A stretch of DNA of 64,000 nucleotides, from positions 1-64,000 of the IMG/VR virus record IMGVR_UViG_3300030333_002778; one strand, given 5' to 3'. The DNA comes from a virus. The notes under the pieces were generated by a model. The model searched no databases and was not told where the DNA came from. It worked only from the letters and a program-made list of their open reading frames with translations. Made by a program: the position numbers and the translations under genes. Shown here piece by piece: positions 47,301 to 56,843 of this stretch (positions are counted from its first letter, which is position 1; each line of letters begins with the position of its first letter).

Positions 47301-50300
47301 TCTATTTAGTATAGCAATTACTCCATGGTTAAATAGAGTTACACCTGCACGACCAATTCTTAAGTTTTTAGCATTATCTAAAGACTCACTCTGATGTGCA
47401 GCTATATAATTTAATATATATTCTCCATCAAAACCTTTTATTTTTGTCAGATCTACATGTGATGAAATATTATTTGCTCTTATGTTTATAGAATACTCTG
47501 GTTTTATTGTCATATCAGTAGACTGTGAAAGCGCGCTTCCTACAGAATGGTTTGAAAATGCTCCAATTAATGCAGCTGCTTGTTTATTAACCTCTTCTAA
47601 GTACATTTGACCTGAAGTACTAAATAAATTTAACCTACTCATTGTAGGAATTATACCTAATCTTTCGTATTTATTAATTAGATTTACATAAACATCTGTA
47701 TCTAGAGGATTCATAACCTCTTCTACATGATTTTTAGAAGTTAGAATAGTATAATTTATATCATATATTAAATTATCTAAAGCTTTTGTAGATACGCCAT
47801 CAAAATTTTGTTTTTCTTTATATTTTACATAATCAAAAGCTGAAATCTTTTCTCCATTATTTGTTAGTTCGGGGAACATTAAGAACATTTTATCAATATC
47901 AAAATCAGCTCCCATTTTATTTACAACTTCAGTAGGTAATATTACTATACCACCCGCGTTCTCTGGTAAGACTTCTACTATTTCTAATGCCATCATAGAA
48001 ACTTTTAATTGTGTAGGAATCCTATAACCAATAGATGTAAGTGCTTCTCTAGTTATGTTATTTTTAGCTAGATATTCTTCTGTAACTACTCCTGCAGGTA
48101 AATTATATTTAGCTCCTAATTGATAAGGTAATTTTATTTGAGCTACAAAACCTCCGTTTTTAGTAGGCTTTATAGTAAGTTCATCTGAAAGTTTATGTCC
48201 ATACTGAGCTATTTGAATAGCCCCCATTCCTTTTGTTTTCTGTCTTAAAACTCTATTTTTATATAGATTATTTAAAATAGACTCAAATGTTTTTGCAAAT
48301 GTAGGAAAAGAAAGAGGTGCTTGGAAATCATATCTAGTTTCTATATTATCAATTATTTCGTCTATATTTAATATCAAATAATAATTATCCTCTAATTCTC
48401 TTTCGTTTAAAGAATTTTCTAATATACCTCTAACCTTTAAAAGAAATTTTTTCTGATCTTCATAGTACTGATTAAATTCAGCTGCACCTTTTATTTCATC
48501 TCTATTTTCATATCGTTCCTTAAACTCTTGCCAACCCATTTCTTTTACTAATCCATCATGAGATCTTTTTATTTTTTCTGCAAATGCACTATCATATAAA
48601 TCTCTTATTTGATCTCCTTTTATAGAAATACCATTTAATGTGTAATTAAAATTAGACTCTATATTAGCAGTAATAAGTTTACCAAATTGAGTTCCATATA
48701 ATTGTTTTTTAGCTTTAAAATCAACTACTTGTGGTGATCTTAGATTTCTAGTATCTAACTCAGTTACTACTATATCTTTTAATTGTTCTTGAGTTGTTGG
48801 ATTTGATATACCAACAGCTCCTGTCTTAACTGCAGACTCAAAACTTACCATATCTATTTTCTTAAGACCGCTGTATTTACCTACAGCTTCCATACGTTGT
48901 CTTAAGTTATTTATCGTTACTGATTCTGAGCTATCTTTTTCATTTTCTGTCATCTCTCTTAATAATGGATAAACAGAGTGTTTAATTTGCTCCCATACTA
49001 GAGTTTTTCTACCATTATTATCTTCTACTATTCTATCTCCCCAATAAAAAGTTTTTAAAGGATCAAATAATAGTTTTTTAGATTCTTTATTTCCTAGTTT
49101 TCCTTTTGACCAATATTTCTCATAGTATACTCCATGCTTTTCAGGTATCCATTTACCCTGGGACTCTAAATAAGATTTATAAAATTCTATAGTAGAAAAA
49201 CTTTGCGCATCTGTTTTATTTAGATTGGCAAATTGGTCTGCTATTTGATCAGCCTTTTTAGAACCGGCTTCTTTCAATGCTTTACGTATATTCTCAACTA
49301 ATGTAGGATCTTTTTTATATACATCTTTAAATATAGAATGTGATATAGTATTACTCATACCATACTTTCCTATTACAGGATCAAATCCAGGAGTTATACC
49401 TGCATAATTTCTTTTACCCGCATCTATAAATATATTACCTGTATTATCTGCTTTATAAAATGCAGGATCCCCCATCATCATAGTATATATATGAGGTAAA
49501 TAAACAATATCATTAATAGCAAATTCTACCAAAGCTGGCATAATATTTGTATTAATAGTCTTTCCCTGTAAACTTTTAGGAGGTAATAATATATTCTTAT
49601 ATGTATTATCTTTTTCGTTCTTAGAAACTATTCCTTCTTTTTCAAATTTGTTTAAAGTCTCTGTTATATTTTGTATAACATATTCTCTGAGTTTATTTTT
49701 TATCTCTTTAACGGCATTACTCATCTGCTCTTGACTAGCAGTATTTGAGTCTCTTAACATTCCTAACTCAGTATAGAAATCTATATTATTTAAAGTAGGA
49801 AATATAATAAATCTTAATCCATTTGCATTTTTTCTATCACTCATATGATCTCCAGGCTCATTTTTATAATGATAATTCTGTATCATACTTTCTCTGCTTA
49901 TTTTATTATCTCCAAATAATTGGTCTTGAACTTTTAATATTCTACCATACTCTCTTAAAGCTAGCGGATATAATAAATCTACTGCAGTATCTACAAATTG
50001 ATTAGCTTGGTTAACACTAGTGCCATTCCAAGTTATATGACTAGATCCTGGATATATTCTAGGTAATGCCATATACATAGATTGCATTTTATCAGATCTA
50101 GTTCCTATATTTATTTTAGTAAAAGGCTGACTTCTATCAGTAAAAAAAGCCCATCTAGTTAAAAGAGATTGTTGTGGATTTAAATCTTTATAAGATGTTG
50201 ATCTTCCTTTATATCCTGCTTCCTTAAGAGAGTCTAATGTAACTATACTTAATTTTTCTCTAACATTATCAAATTTTTCTATAAGATCAAGGATTAAATG

Positions 50301-53300
50301 ATCTTCATAGAATGTATCTTGTTTATATTTATTTATAGCGCTTTCATAAGTATTTTTACTTCTTAGTTCTAATACTCTTTTAGAATCAAATGTATTTAGA
50401 TTAATAGCATATATATTTTTACCATTACTATGGAAAGAAGCTAAGGCTTTATCTACTTTAAAGTTAGATGCTAATTGAGCAAACTTATTTAAAGACCCCA
50501 TTTCCATATCTCCTGCAACAAATGGGCTGATTCCTTTTCTTAATTTAGCTAGTATATGTGAATAAGAATTTGATCCTGACATATACTTATGTAAGTCTCT
50601 AACAAAAACTTCATCATTATTATATAAACTATTATAAGCTTCATTAGGAATTAATATACCAGTTCTATCTAGTATTTTTTTCATCTGCTCAATATACTTC
50701 TTCTTAACTTCTCTATGAGCATTCATCTCTTTTTGCTGATCTCCTTCTTTTACAATAAACTTTAGATTTGACCATAAGTCAAATATTTCTTTAGCTGTAG
50801 ACTCATTTATAGTATCTTGTTTACCTTCTTGTATATTAAATAGATCTGTAGTTACTTCTCTATTTCCTATCCAATCATTGATAATCATTCTATTAAAACT
50901 ATTTCTATTTGCATAGACTAGTTTTATCATACCATCTTGAATAATAGGAATTTCAAAATCTATAAGTTGATCATTCATATGGGTTATAAACTTATTTTTA
51001 AAAGCCGGTGACCCATTATTTATTCTATCCAATACAACCTCCGCTATTTTATTATCCTCTGCTAATAGCTCTAATCTATTCATTACATCTCCCTGTGGAG
51101 TATTCGCTAATGCAAATTTTAAATAAGAGTAAACTTCAGAGAATGAGTAGAAACTTTTTTCTCCTAATAAACCTCCTCTAGACCCATCATTTTTTTGTAT
51201 TAAAGATAGTTCTATTTTTACATCTTTAGATAATGTAGCTTTTCTAGGTCTCTCAAAGAAATTTATCCCATGAATATGTTGCGCTGTTTCTAATTCTGCG
51301 TTTTCTAAATCAGTTTCAAACTCTTCTGATGCTGCTATATCAGATGTATTTTCTTCAGAAATATCTATTTGTTCTTCTATTTCAGCATTTTGAGTTTCTA
51401 TTAATTTTCCAGACTCTTTAAATCCGAATCTTACACCAAATACTGTTAAGTTTCTAACAACAAGATCTCGGAATCCGGGGCTAACAACATTTATATTATT
51501 TTCATCAAATTGACTATAAAAGTTTTCTTGTAATGCTGCTTTTGACCATTCTTCTCCTTGTTCTATTCCTGCTTCTGTCATCTGCTCACCTATCCTTTCC
51601 ATATTTTGTCTTGCAGCTTCTAGTTTTGCTACTAATATTTTAGGATCTGTTAATTTTTCTAGCCATAAATCACCATATTCTTTCTGATAAGCTTCTCGCA
51701 TCTTATTAGTAATCACATCTACAATTTCATTCTTTTGAATATTAGTATATCCAGGCTTTTGTCTTAGTTTATACGCGACTGTTGATCGTTCTCTTAATTC
51801 TTTAGTAGTATACTTATTATAGTTTCTAGAACTTAAATCACTAAACATCTCATTAAGAGTAAGATCCATACCTAAGAATTTCTTTATGTATGTCATAATA
51901 TCCTTAAAGAATTTAGCTATGGTTCCTATTAAACCTCTATTTTCTTGAGTAATTCTATACTCCATAAAAGATTCCGCTAATTTTGTTTCAAGCTCTTGTT
52001 GATTTTGTATACCCCACTGTTGTTGAGCAGCTTTAAATAAAGAAGATTTTTCATTAGCAGTTAAATGTAAATCTATTATTCTTCGCATAGCTTCCCAATA
52101 AGCTGTACCTTTCTTAGCAAATTGTGCTAATGTTACCATACCCTGATGGTAATATCCATAAGCTTGACGACCATCTTTTAAAGTAATATACTTAACTCTT
52201 GCAGCTATTTCTAATCCCTCTTCACCAAACTTATCAATAAACCATTGTACTTCTTCTTCAGATAATAAAAGATTAGATTCTGGATTAACTTCATATTGTC
52301 TTAATTTAAAATCAGTATCTATATCATCACGAGATTTTGTAGGAGGCTTCTTTTTAGGCGCTTTTTTTATTATTTCCTTCTTTTTATTCTTTTTTTCCAT
52401 CTGTTCTCTTGCAAAATTATCTAGATTTTGCATTTTACTAGGGTCAAAAGATGGACTATACTTATTATCTATCTGAGCTTGTGGATCAAATCCAAATAAA
52501 TTAGAATTTTGATTAAATTCAGGCCCTTTATTTAAGAAATCTGGGACTTTTTTTGGATTAGATTTAAATTTTTCTTCAGTAGGCTCTACATAAATATTAG
52601 AATTATAGAACTGTTGAGATCCATTAGCTGGAATATCTGTTGAAATAGGTAATATATTAGGATCTGTTAAGTATTCAAAATAAGAATTCCATGACCCTAG
52701 TTTAGATTGAAAAGGATCTTTCATCATTTCCATTCTAGCCTTCTGAATATTATATTTCTTACTCATAAGATGTTCAACTAGTGCTTCTCTTATACTTTTT
52801 CCACTCAGATCTAGAGTTTTAGAACTTATATATTTATTTTTTCCTTGTTTTTTAACAGCTCCTGTTTCTTTATCGTATTCAACAAAGAAAAATTCAGGAT
52901 TGTATGATAAATTATGTCCATTAAGAGCTGTTAGAAAATTATTTCTTTTATTTTGTCCTGCAGCACGGTATTGTAATCCAATAATTTTATCTTTATATGG
53001 AAATACTATTTCAAAATTATCAAACACAAGTCCTGGAGCATTCTTGCTATACGTTCTTACAGTATTAACTATTTTTTTAATCTCACTTTCTATAGTAGCC
53101 GGAGTTAAACTATAGTCTAATATAATTTCAATAACTGCATCAGCTGCTTCTTGACTTAGATTAGATGTAGATAATCTAACAGGAGTAAGTATTCCGTTTG
53201 CTCTTTTAATAGCAGCATATATAGCACCATGCTCTATAAAAGTAGAAATATCAAAATCCATATTATTTTTTTGCCATATAATAACACCTTCATTTTTATT

Positions 53301-56300
53301 ACCATATCCTAATATTAATGAATTAGCATCTCCGAGTACACTTATAGGCTGTTCTATAGATTTACCATCCTTTTTTAATCTTAATACCCAACCGTTTCCT
53401 TTACCTGCAATCTTACCTTTTATATCTTTTAGTTCTTTTTGCTTTGCAAATATTTCTCTTATACGGGTATTTTCTTTAGAAAAAGCGCTGATTCTAAGTT
53501 GTCCTAGATTTACAGTAGGATCAGAAGCTAAACGAATACTAATAACCATTTTAGTAGGATCATTAGATTTATAAAACTCATTATTAGGTTCTGGTCTTAA
53601 TATAATATCAGTCCCTACTCCTATATTAGGATCATTAATAGCCTGAAAATCAAATATTTCATTATTATTTCTAACATTAGAATCTTTTCTAATAACTAAT
53701 GCATTACCCTTTTTATCTGTAAGTATCTTAGGGCCCGCATTATCTTGTAATACAATTCTTTTACCTTCTCTTACTATATATCCACTGCTATTTAATCTAG
53801 GAGGATAGTAATATAATACTTGATATTTACGATCAAATTCTTTTCTGTTTTCTGTCAAAAGCTTATTCATAGCTTCTGTCATAGGAATCATTTTCAATGT
53901 AGATTTTGGTACAGGATTACCATTACTATCTACAACTGTAACAACTACAGCTTCATTGTGAGGACCTACACTTTCAAGACCATAACTCATAAATTGAGGA
54001 GTCATCGCAGTACCTTTAGTTTCTTTTAAAGTTTTTTCATCTAAAACAGTAGGATTAGATGTGGTAGTAGGAGTAGTTTTAGTTTCATCTGTCTTAGAAC
54101 TTTCTGCATTTTCTGCAGCCTTTCTCATTTTGTTCTTTTGTTTCTGCTGATTTAGTTGATCTTTCTCTTTATTTAGTATGTCTTTCTGCTCCTTATTCAT
54201 CTCCATATTCAGCTTTTCTATTCTATCTATTTCATCTTGCTTCTCTTTAGCTTCTTTTAGGGCTTGTTGTAAGGCTTCTTTATTTTTTAAAGACTGTTGT
54301 ATTTGTAACCACTCGTTCTTAATCTTTGTTGCTGCTTCTTGAAATCTAGCATTGTCAGGATGTTGTAACATCCATTGATCTATATCTTCCTCAGTTACTT
54401 TTTCTTTTACTATAAAATCTCTAAAATCTTGTATTAGTGCATCGGTTGCTGATTCAGCAGCTGCTTGCTCTATAGAAGGTTTAAGAACTTCATCGAGATC
54501 TTTTTTCTCCATAGTAGTTAACTCCTTTCCCGACTCTAGTTTATTTATATTTTGTATTTGTTTTAAAGCCATATCCCTTAGCGCTCTATATTGTGCTTGT
54601 CTATGTCTTTTTCTAAGTACATCTCCATTTTCTACCTCTTCTAAAAACTTCTCTTCTTCTTGGAATTGCTCTGGAGTTAATATCTCTGATGACTCACTCT
54701 TTAATTTATCAGAAACTACTTCTAATTCGCTTATGTAACCTTCTAACTCTTTTATTTGTTCCTGCATAGAGTTAATAAGCTTATCATTCTTTTCTCTTTC
54801 TGATTGAGGAGTATCTTTAAGATTATTATATTGCTCTAAACCTTCTTTATTTTCTATTAATTGCTCTAAAGCTAGTTTAGAAGCTTTAATCTGCATGATC
54901 AGATTATGTCTCATTTTTGTTTGAGCTCCTAGTTGTTTGTATTTTTCTTGAGAGTAGATATCTGATTCTAGATCTAATTCAACTTGTTCATTAATCTCAT
55001 TTATCAGATTTTGATATATTTGCACAGCCATTTGTTGCTGCGCTACTCTAGCAGAAATACCAGGACCATACTTGGCTCCAAAAGGACTTTTAAAATATTT
55101 ATTATAAGCAGTACTTGCTTGCTCTATTATACTTAGCATATCTGCTTTTACATCTTTTATTTGTTCTTGAGTAATACCAGCATCAGTAAGAATTTCTTCC
55201 ATGATCGGGTCTTCCATCATTTCTTTTAAAAGATCTCCATTATTAACTAGTTCATTATTCATAGCTAAATTAACTGCCAATAATCTTTGTAACTGCTTAA
55301 CCTTATAAGTATCTCCTTTTTCTTGAGCTTCTTTCATTTGCTCAGAAACATTAGCAAGCATTTCCATTCTTTTAGTAATAGCTTGTATCTTAGCCTGCTC
55401 TTGTTTTTTATAAGCTTTACGATTCATAAGACCTGCACCGGCTGTCATCACAGCACCTCCTGCAAATCCCATAATACTAGATGACCAAAATCCACCCTGA
55501 GTAGAATACTTTCTAAGACGACTAAGTAAACTATCATCTGTCATAGTATCTCTACCAACATCATCAAAACCTGCTAAAAGATCTCCTTGTAGAATACCTT
55601 CTTGCATAGCTATCCAGTTAATTTGCTCTTCTATAGCTTCTGTATAAGACCATAAACCAAACTTTGCTAAGGCTTTAGCTTTTGGCTTAATCCATTTACC
55701 TACTTTACCTAATCTTGTTTTTGGTATTACAGTTTTTGGGGCTTTTAATGTAGCATCTTGAGCCGTTCTAACAGCTGAAGAAGTAGCTCCTTTACCTCTA
55801 TATTTAGCACGACCAAACATTAAACCATATTGTGCAATATCAAAAAATGCATTAGTCCAATCCCATTTAAAAGTATGAGCTGCAGCATGAGATGAAATAT
55901 ATCTTGCAGCCGCATCAGCAAGAGCTGGATCATTTAAAGATATTCCAGACTCTTTTAAAAATTGTTGGCCTCCTTCTGATTCTAAAAACTCATCTAAATT
56001 TTTTTGATTTTGGAACCAAGCAAGATTCTTTTCATAAGATAGTAATCCAGTTTCCGCAGCTTCTCTATAATTCTCCATATATCTCATAGACACACCCCCT
56101 ACTACTGCTTTTGTCATCCAGTCTGTAGTTTTATTACTAAATAATTTTCTATCTAAAAACTTACCTGTATTTGCTATTCTTGAATACTTACTTGCTCTAG
56201 CAGCATTATTAACAGCTTTTAAAGGTCCCACACCTGCAAATTTACCGGCTTTTGTTACAGCCCATGCAGGAAAAAATAACGATAGAGCAGATCCTATCGA

Positions 56301-56834
56301 TACCATATTATTATACCACCAACCTGAGTCATTAGGTTGCCATGAAGAACCTGGATACATTTCATATATAGGGGTAACTTCTTTTGTCCATTCTCTTATT
56401 CCACCCCCTAAATCTGAAATAGCATTAGTAAAACCATCATTTATATCTAAATTTATTAAATCTAATAAAGATCCGAATCCTTCAATAGTACCCCCAACTA
56501 TTTCTCCTATTACAAATTGATTTAAAAAACTAGTAAATTGGTCCCAACCAGTTTGTCTACTAGCACGCATCATATCTATTTGAGATGGATCACTAACCCC
56601 AAAATCTACATCTGGCCAATCATAAAAATTAGTATTATATGTAACACCTTGATGCATAGAAGGATCCTGAAATCCTAAATCTACACCGTGGATATAATCC
56701 TGTAGACTTAAAGGATCTGCAGCTGCACTGGCTTTTTTAGGCCCACTTATTTTCTTCTCTGAATTTCTTTCAGGTAATTGTGTAATAGGGTCTATACCTT
56801 GAGTCTGTGTTTGTATAAAATCTTGTAATCCCAT
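41373..56834 (-). CDS. Giant virion-packaged RNA polymerase polyprotein (5153 aa)
   Basis: Catalytic GADFDIDK (DFDID at 47892-47906), GYRIPTQ, KTDAQS; two degenerate zincin-like motifs; PD-(D/E)xK insert; large helical C-terminal domain. Confidence 0.9.
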   Translation of the reverse strand: MGLQDFIQTQTQGIDPITQLPERNSEKKISGPKKASAAADPLSLQDYIHGVDLGFQDPSMHQGVTYNTNFYDWPDVDFGVSDPSQIDMMRASRQTGWDQFTSFLNQFVIGEIVGGTIEGFGSLLDLINLDINDGFTNAISDLGGGIREWTKEVTPIYEMYPGSSWQPNDSGWWYNNMVSIGSALSLFFPAWAVTKAGKFAGVGPLKAVNNAARASKYSRIANTGKFLDRKLFSNKTTDWMTKAVVGGVSMRYMENYREAAETGLLSYEKNLAWFQNQKNLDEFLESEGGQQFLKESGISLNDPALADAAARYISSHAAAHTFKWDWTNAFFDIAQYGLMFGRAKYRGKGATSSAVRTAQDATLKAPKTVIPKTRLGKVGKWIKPKAKALAKFGLWSYTEAIEEQINWIAMQEGILQGDLLAGFDDVGRDTMTDDSLLSRLRKYSTQGGFWSSSIMGFAGGAVMTAGAGLMNRKAYKKQEQAKIQAITKRMEMLANVSEQMKEAQEKGDTYKVKQLQRLLAVNLAMNNELVNNGDLLKEMMEDPIMEEILTDAGITQEQIKDVKADMLSIIEQASTAYNKYFKSPFGAKYGPGISARVAQQQMAVQIYQNLINEINEQVELDLESDIYSQEKYKQLGAQTKMRHNLIMQIKASKLALEQLIENKEGLEQYNNLKDTPQSEREKNDKLINSMQEQIKELEGYISELEVVSDKLKSESSEILTPEQFQEEEKFLEEVENGDVLRKRHRQAQYRALRDMALKQIQNINKLESGKELTTMEKKDLDEVLKPSIEQAAAESATDALIQDFRDFIVKEKVTEEDIDQWMLQHPDNARFQEAATKIKNEWLQIQQSLKNKEALQQALKEAKEKQDEIDRIEKLNMEMNKEQKDILNKEKDQLNQQKQKNKMRKAAENAESSKTDETKTTPTTTSNPTVLDEKTLKETKGTAMTPQFMSYGLESVGPHNEAVVVTVVDSNGNPVPKSTLKMIPMTEAMNKLLTENRKEFDRKYQVLYYYPPRLNSSGYIVREGKRIVLQDNAGPKILTDKKGNALVIRKDSNVRNNNEIFDFQAINDPNIGVGTDIILRPEPNNEFYKSNDPTKMVISIRLASDPTVNLGQLRISAFSKENTRIREIFAKQKELKDIKGKIAGKGNGWVLRLKKDGKSIEQPISVLGDANSLILGYGNKNEGVIIWQKNNMDFDISTFIEHGAIYAAIKRANGILTPVRLSTSNLSQEAADAVIEIILDYSLTPATIESEIKKIVNTVRTYSKNAPGLVFDNFEIVFPYKDKIIGLQYRAAGQNKRNNFLTALNGHNLSYNPEFFFVEYDKETGAVKKQGKNKYISSKTLDLSGKSIREALVEHLMSKKYNIQKARMEMMKDPFQSKLGSWNSYFEYLTDPNILPISTDIPANGSQQFYNSNIYVEPTEEKFKSNPKKVPDFLNKGPEFNQNSNLFGFDPQAQIDNKYSPSFDPSKMQNLDNFAREQMEKKNKKKEIIKKAPKKKPPTKSRDDIDTDFKLRQYEVNPESNLLLSEEEVQWFIDKFGEEGLEIAARVKYITLKDGRQAYGYYHQGMVTLAQFAKKGTAYWEAMRRIIDLHLTANEKSSLFKAAQQQWGIQNQQELETKLAESFMEYRITQENRGLIGTIAKFFKDIMTYIKKFLGMDLTLNEMFSDLSSRNYNKYTTKELRERSTVAYKLRQKPGYTNIQKNEIVDVITNKMREAYQKEYGDLWLEKLTDPKILVAKLEAARQNMERIGEQMTEAGIEQGEEWSKAALQENFYSQFDENNINVVSPGFRDLVVRNLTVFGVRFGFKESGKLIETQNAEIEEQIDISEENTSDIAASEEFETDLENAELETAQHIHGINFFERPRKATLSKDVKIELSLIQKNDGSRGGLLGEKSFYSFSEVYSYLKFALANTPQGDVMNRLELLAEDNKIAEVVLDRINNGSPAFKNKFITHMNDQLIDFEIPIIQDGMIKLVYANRNSFNRMIINDWIGNREVTTDLFNIQEGKQDTINESTAKEIFDLWSNLKFIVKEGDQQKEMNAHREVKKKYIEQMKKILDRTGILIPNEAYNSLYNNDEVFVRDLHKYMSGSNSYSHILAKLRKGISPFVAGDMEMGSLNKFAQLASNFKVDKALASFHSNGKNIYAINLNTFDSKRVLELRSKNTYESAINKYKQDTFYEDHLILDLIEKFDNVREKLSIVTLDSLKEAGYKGRSTSYKDLNPQQSLLTRWAFFTDRSQPFTKINIGTRSDKMQSMYMALPRIYPGSSHITWNGTSVNQANQFVDTAVDLLYPLALREYGRILKVQDQLFGDNKISRESMIQNYHYKNEPGDHMSDRKNANGLRFIIFPTLNNIDFYTELGMLRDSNTASQEQMSNAVKEIKNKLREYVIQNITETLNKFEKEGIVSKNEKDNTYKNILLPPKSLQGKTINTNIMPALVEFAINDIVYLPHIYTMMMGDPAFYKADNTGNIFIDAGKRNYAGITPGFDPVIGKYGMSNTISHSIFKDVYKKDPTLVENIRKALKEAGSKKADQIADQFANLNKTDAQSFSTIEFYKSYLESQGKWIPEKHGVYYEKYWSKGKLGNKESKKLLFDPLKTFYWGDRIVEDNNGRKTLVWEQIKHSVYPLLREMTENEKDSSESVTINNLRQRMEAVGKYSGLKKIDMVSFESAVKTGAVGISNPTTQEQLKDIVVTELDTRNLRSPQVVDFKAKKQLYGTQFGKLITANIESNFNYTLNGISIKGDQIRDLYDSAFAEKIKRSHDGLVKEMGWQEFKERYENRDEIKGAAEFNQYYEDQKKFLLKVRGILENSLNERELEDNYYLILNIDEIIDNIETRYDFQAPLSFPTFAKTFESILNNLYKNRVLRQKTKGMGAIQIAQYGHKLSDELTIKPTKNGGFVAQIKLPYQLGAKYNLPAGVVTEEYLAKNNITREALTSIGYRIPTQLKVSMMALEIVEVLPENAGGIVILPTEVVNKMGADFDIDKMFLMFPELTNNGEKISAFDYVKYKEKQNFDGVSTKALDNLIYDINYTILTSKNHVEEVMNPLDTDVYVNLINKYERLGIIPTMSRLNLFSTSGQMYLEEVNKQAAALIGAFSNHSVGSALSQSTDMTIKPEYSINIRANNISSHVDLTKIKGFDGEYILNYIAAHQSESLDNAKNLRIGRAGVTLFNHGVIAILNRAGFNVETALDFINQPIIRKLEQNVKNAPAFTNHAQIARTTAEQLGQLDYYNNINRKNLIEFTPTASYLNDTGLQADLSNEADLKKQIQILSDFMRYLKVAKDVSKSNRYLSPDGIKRFSRLSYLEQFMDNVDYIQSSKSAIEITKIPKRVQSYITYGIESANEFTSFFIPFNKNGFIELKRNIAQLTGQEDGILSPQNIDTINSLGLYFSVIKPDSPMRGLFYTKSGEVRTKSLENVLFKYQKSLASRLAKIKKKHDLFNDPFLGLLYAHPDNLSSDKFIQLIAFNNSVKLDPSERSEITDRWAELLLDPREDVANLAKSLISYSIVTSGLMKGPNSFVDLVPVSYWKSSGLTNYFRTEANSMWNDQYFLNATHQIIRNMFTDPGFLKIADKKVLHRTPQLIKAHNLKANQHYLHKSQNPNLIIEGAVPNSNEFVHYFRSYNAGKWRLYKFLAASETNSGNLNGAIYQEIPPLGERYRFVEMYAQERYESIHPANKTEQNTQPQTNMFDSGSITSRNNTLEYRLSPEMKESALKDLDNYLIGFAEKHFGVKAVTINNLKKKLGVDAVGAADMLNRIMYLDQNRDRYTVPEELSHFFIEALEDKPTVQRLLALASKTDLYGQVVKDYEKLYTEDYQFQKETAGKILAEYIVNEQQVREKYKGFIGTLRKIWDQIKALFTRNQEAKDELRQQLDNVFGPMASRILNGDITGLNIDNLGVEKYYALNNQKQNFSQMINESNRIQDPTTENNFYELDGIKLNRTTSFIEAFSKPFASKEIAEKVAAANRRAGNPFNTSEKVEKLWEFLKDGVGTQLHKTMEGIVNNLTDKQIIDSLNLDTSSKAAINKNLPKLRAWVRSKITAGSRLYTETKVADKSDIIGGQVDIIEVTSTGKRIIHDFKTKMKGKFLTLESQLPSFTGPLATIPNNLLNQYRLQLSLYRYIIQNKGIKIDEMNIVGLEADVTINKAGEVIMTSVDLLNPASPVASKLKKLKPIKNKTLKNMFNFLNPNNERAQAEANKETDRISQIFETAKNNLKKKIASLQRQKDAKEYVTGLKDLLGKLDEIGEKEGLILFMRRANADIDAAYNKLRELETTSSVNIPELNKVLKFVQTYDMLDEISLAAPLLANEGYEQEINEIVAPAIYKRQKVYELYKALGRPLLANFLSDYISDPRIENKEEFIQNELVKAGRDISLLARWLDAMGDSKDSVLAAVDKLVKEQVYKTHEQEQKFLYGTGKEDIGLYERIKKLEAFQTSKGVGTNSFRELYDFMLEKTKDGKLTGRILNQHTYEWYEKKRKFVRDSIQNGTNLSSKDTWSNFFKNNPIEYSEQYKKLQALPEGDQRKIFYNYFIENFKYANTLLEQQYRRGTEETGFFLPSIRASKAELLLESDKKLKRTAKETLIDYFTVGDDQTSYGEIVSKTGEPLSYVPTHYTLKIGTGENFDLTPEEVSYDLGSSLRQFFTMANNYNNMQTIINELEMTKELLKHRQVRKLSGKGMPIVDKVTGEEITYSGEISRSYDRFNDYLDMIVYQKKKKKGSTIKTLGGGTRQITDTKLVDLAINYNALRVLALNPHVGLSNAGFGMLLNWVEAFAGQYLNLKTYGKSTAKYNLSLPGIINDVASRRPTSKLGMLLENFDVLSNFNEAGQRIDHKNFFIRSLNPGAIYFMMSAGEHRIQSQLFIAQMMNMQFKLSSGKYINLWDAYKVKDKRLVLNPEVAEQFTHRDKTDFIERVKAVYQRMHGIYNSSDRAALQQYAMGRAAMQFRKWLRPGAMRRFEGIEKVIYDAKSPYKKADYNERLMSEVEGNYVTAAKFIVTMFKEARQLNFEFGKRYKELPTWQKANLKRALGEIAFLMLLLILPGRIRGDKEDDELSRAEWQALYTIKRVESELLFYLPTTAFFDILRTPMAGMSGLEALYKFFSQGTSDLTSVLTGGDFERYKRKTRGYDKGDAKISKYFKRILPFKEWNTHPGDKIKFFDLK

Positions 56835-56843
56835 ATTTTATTT

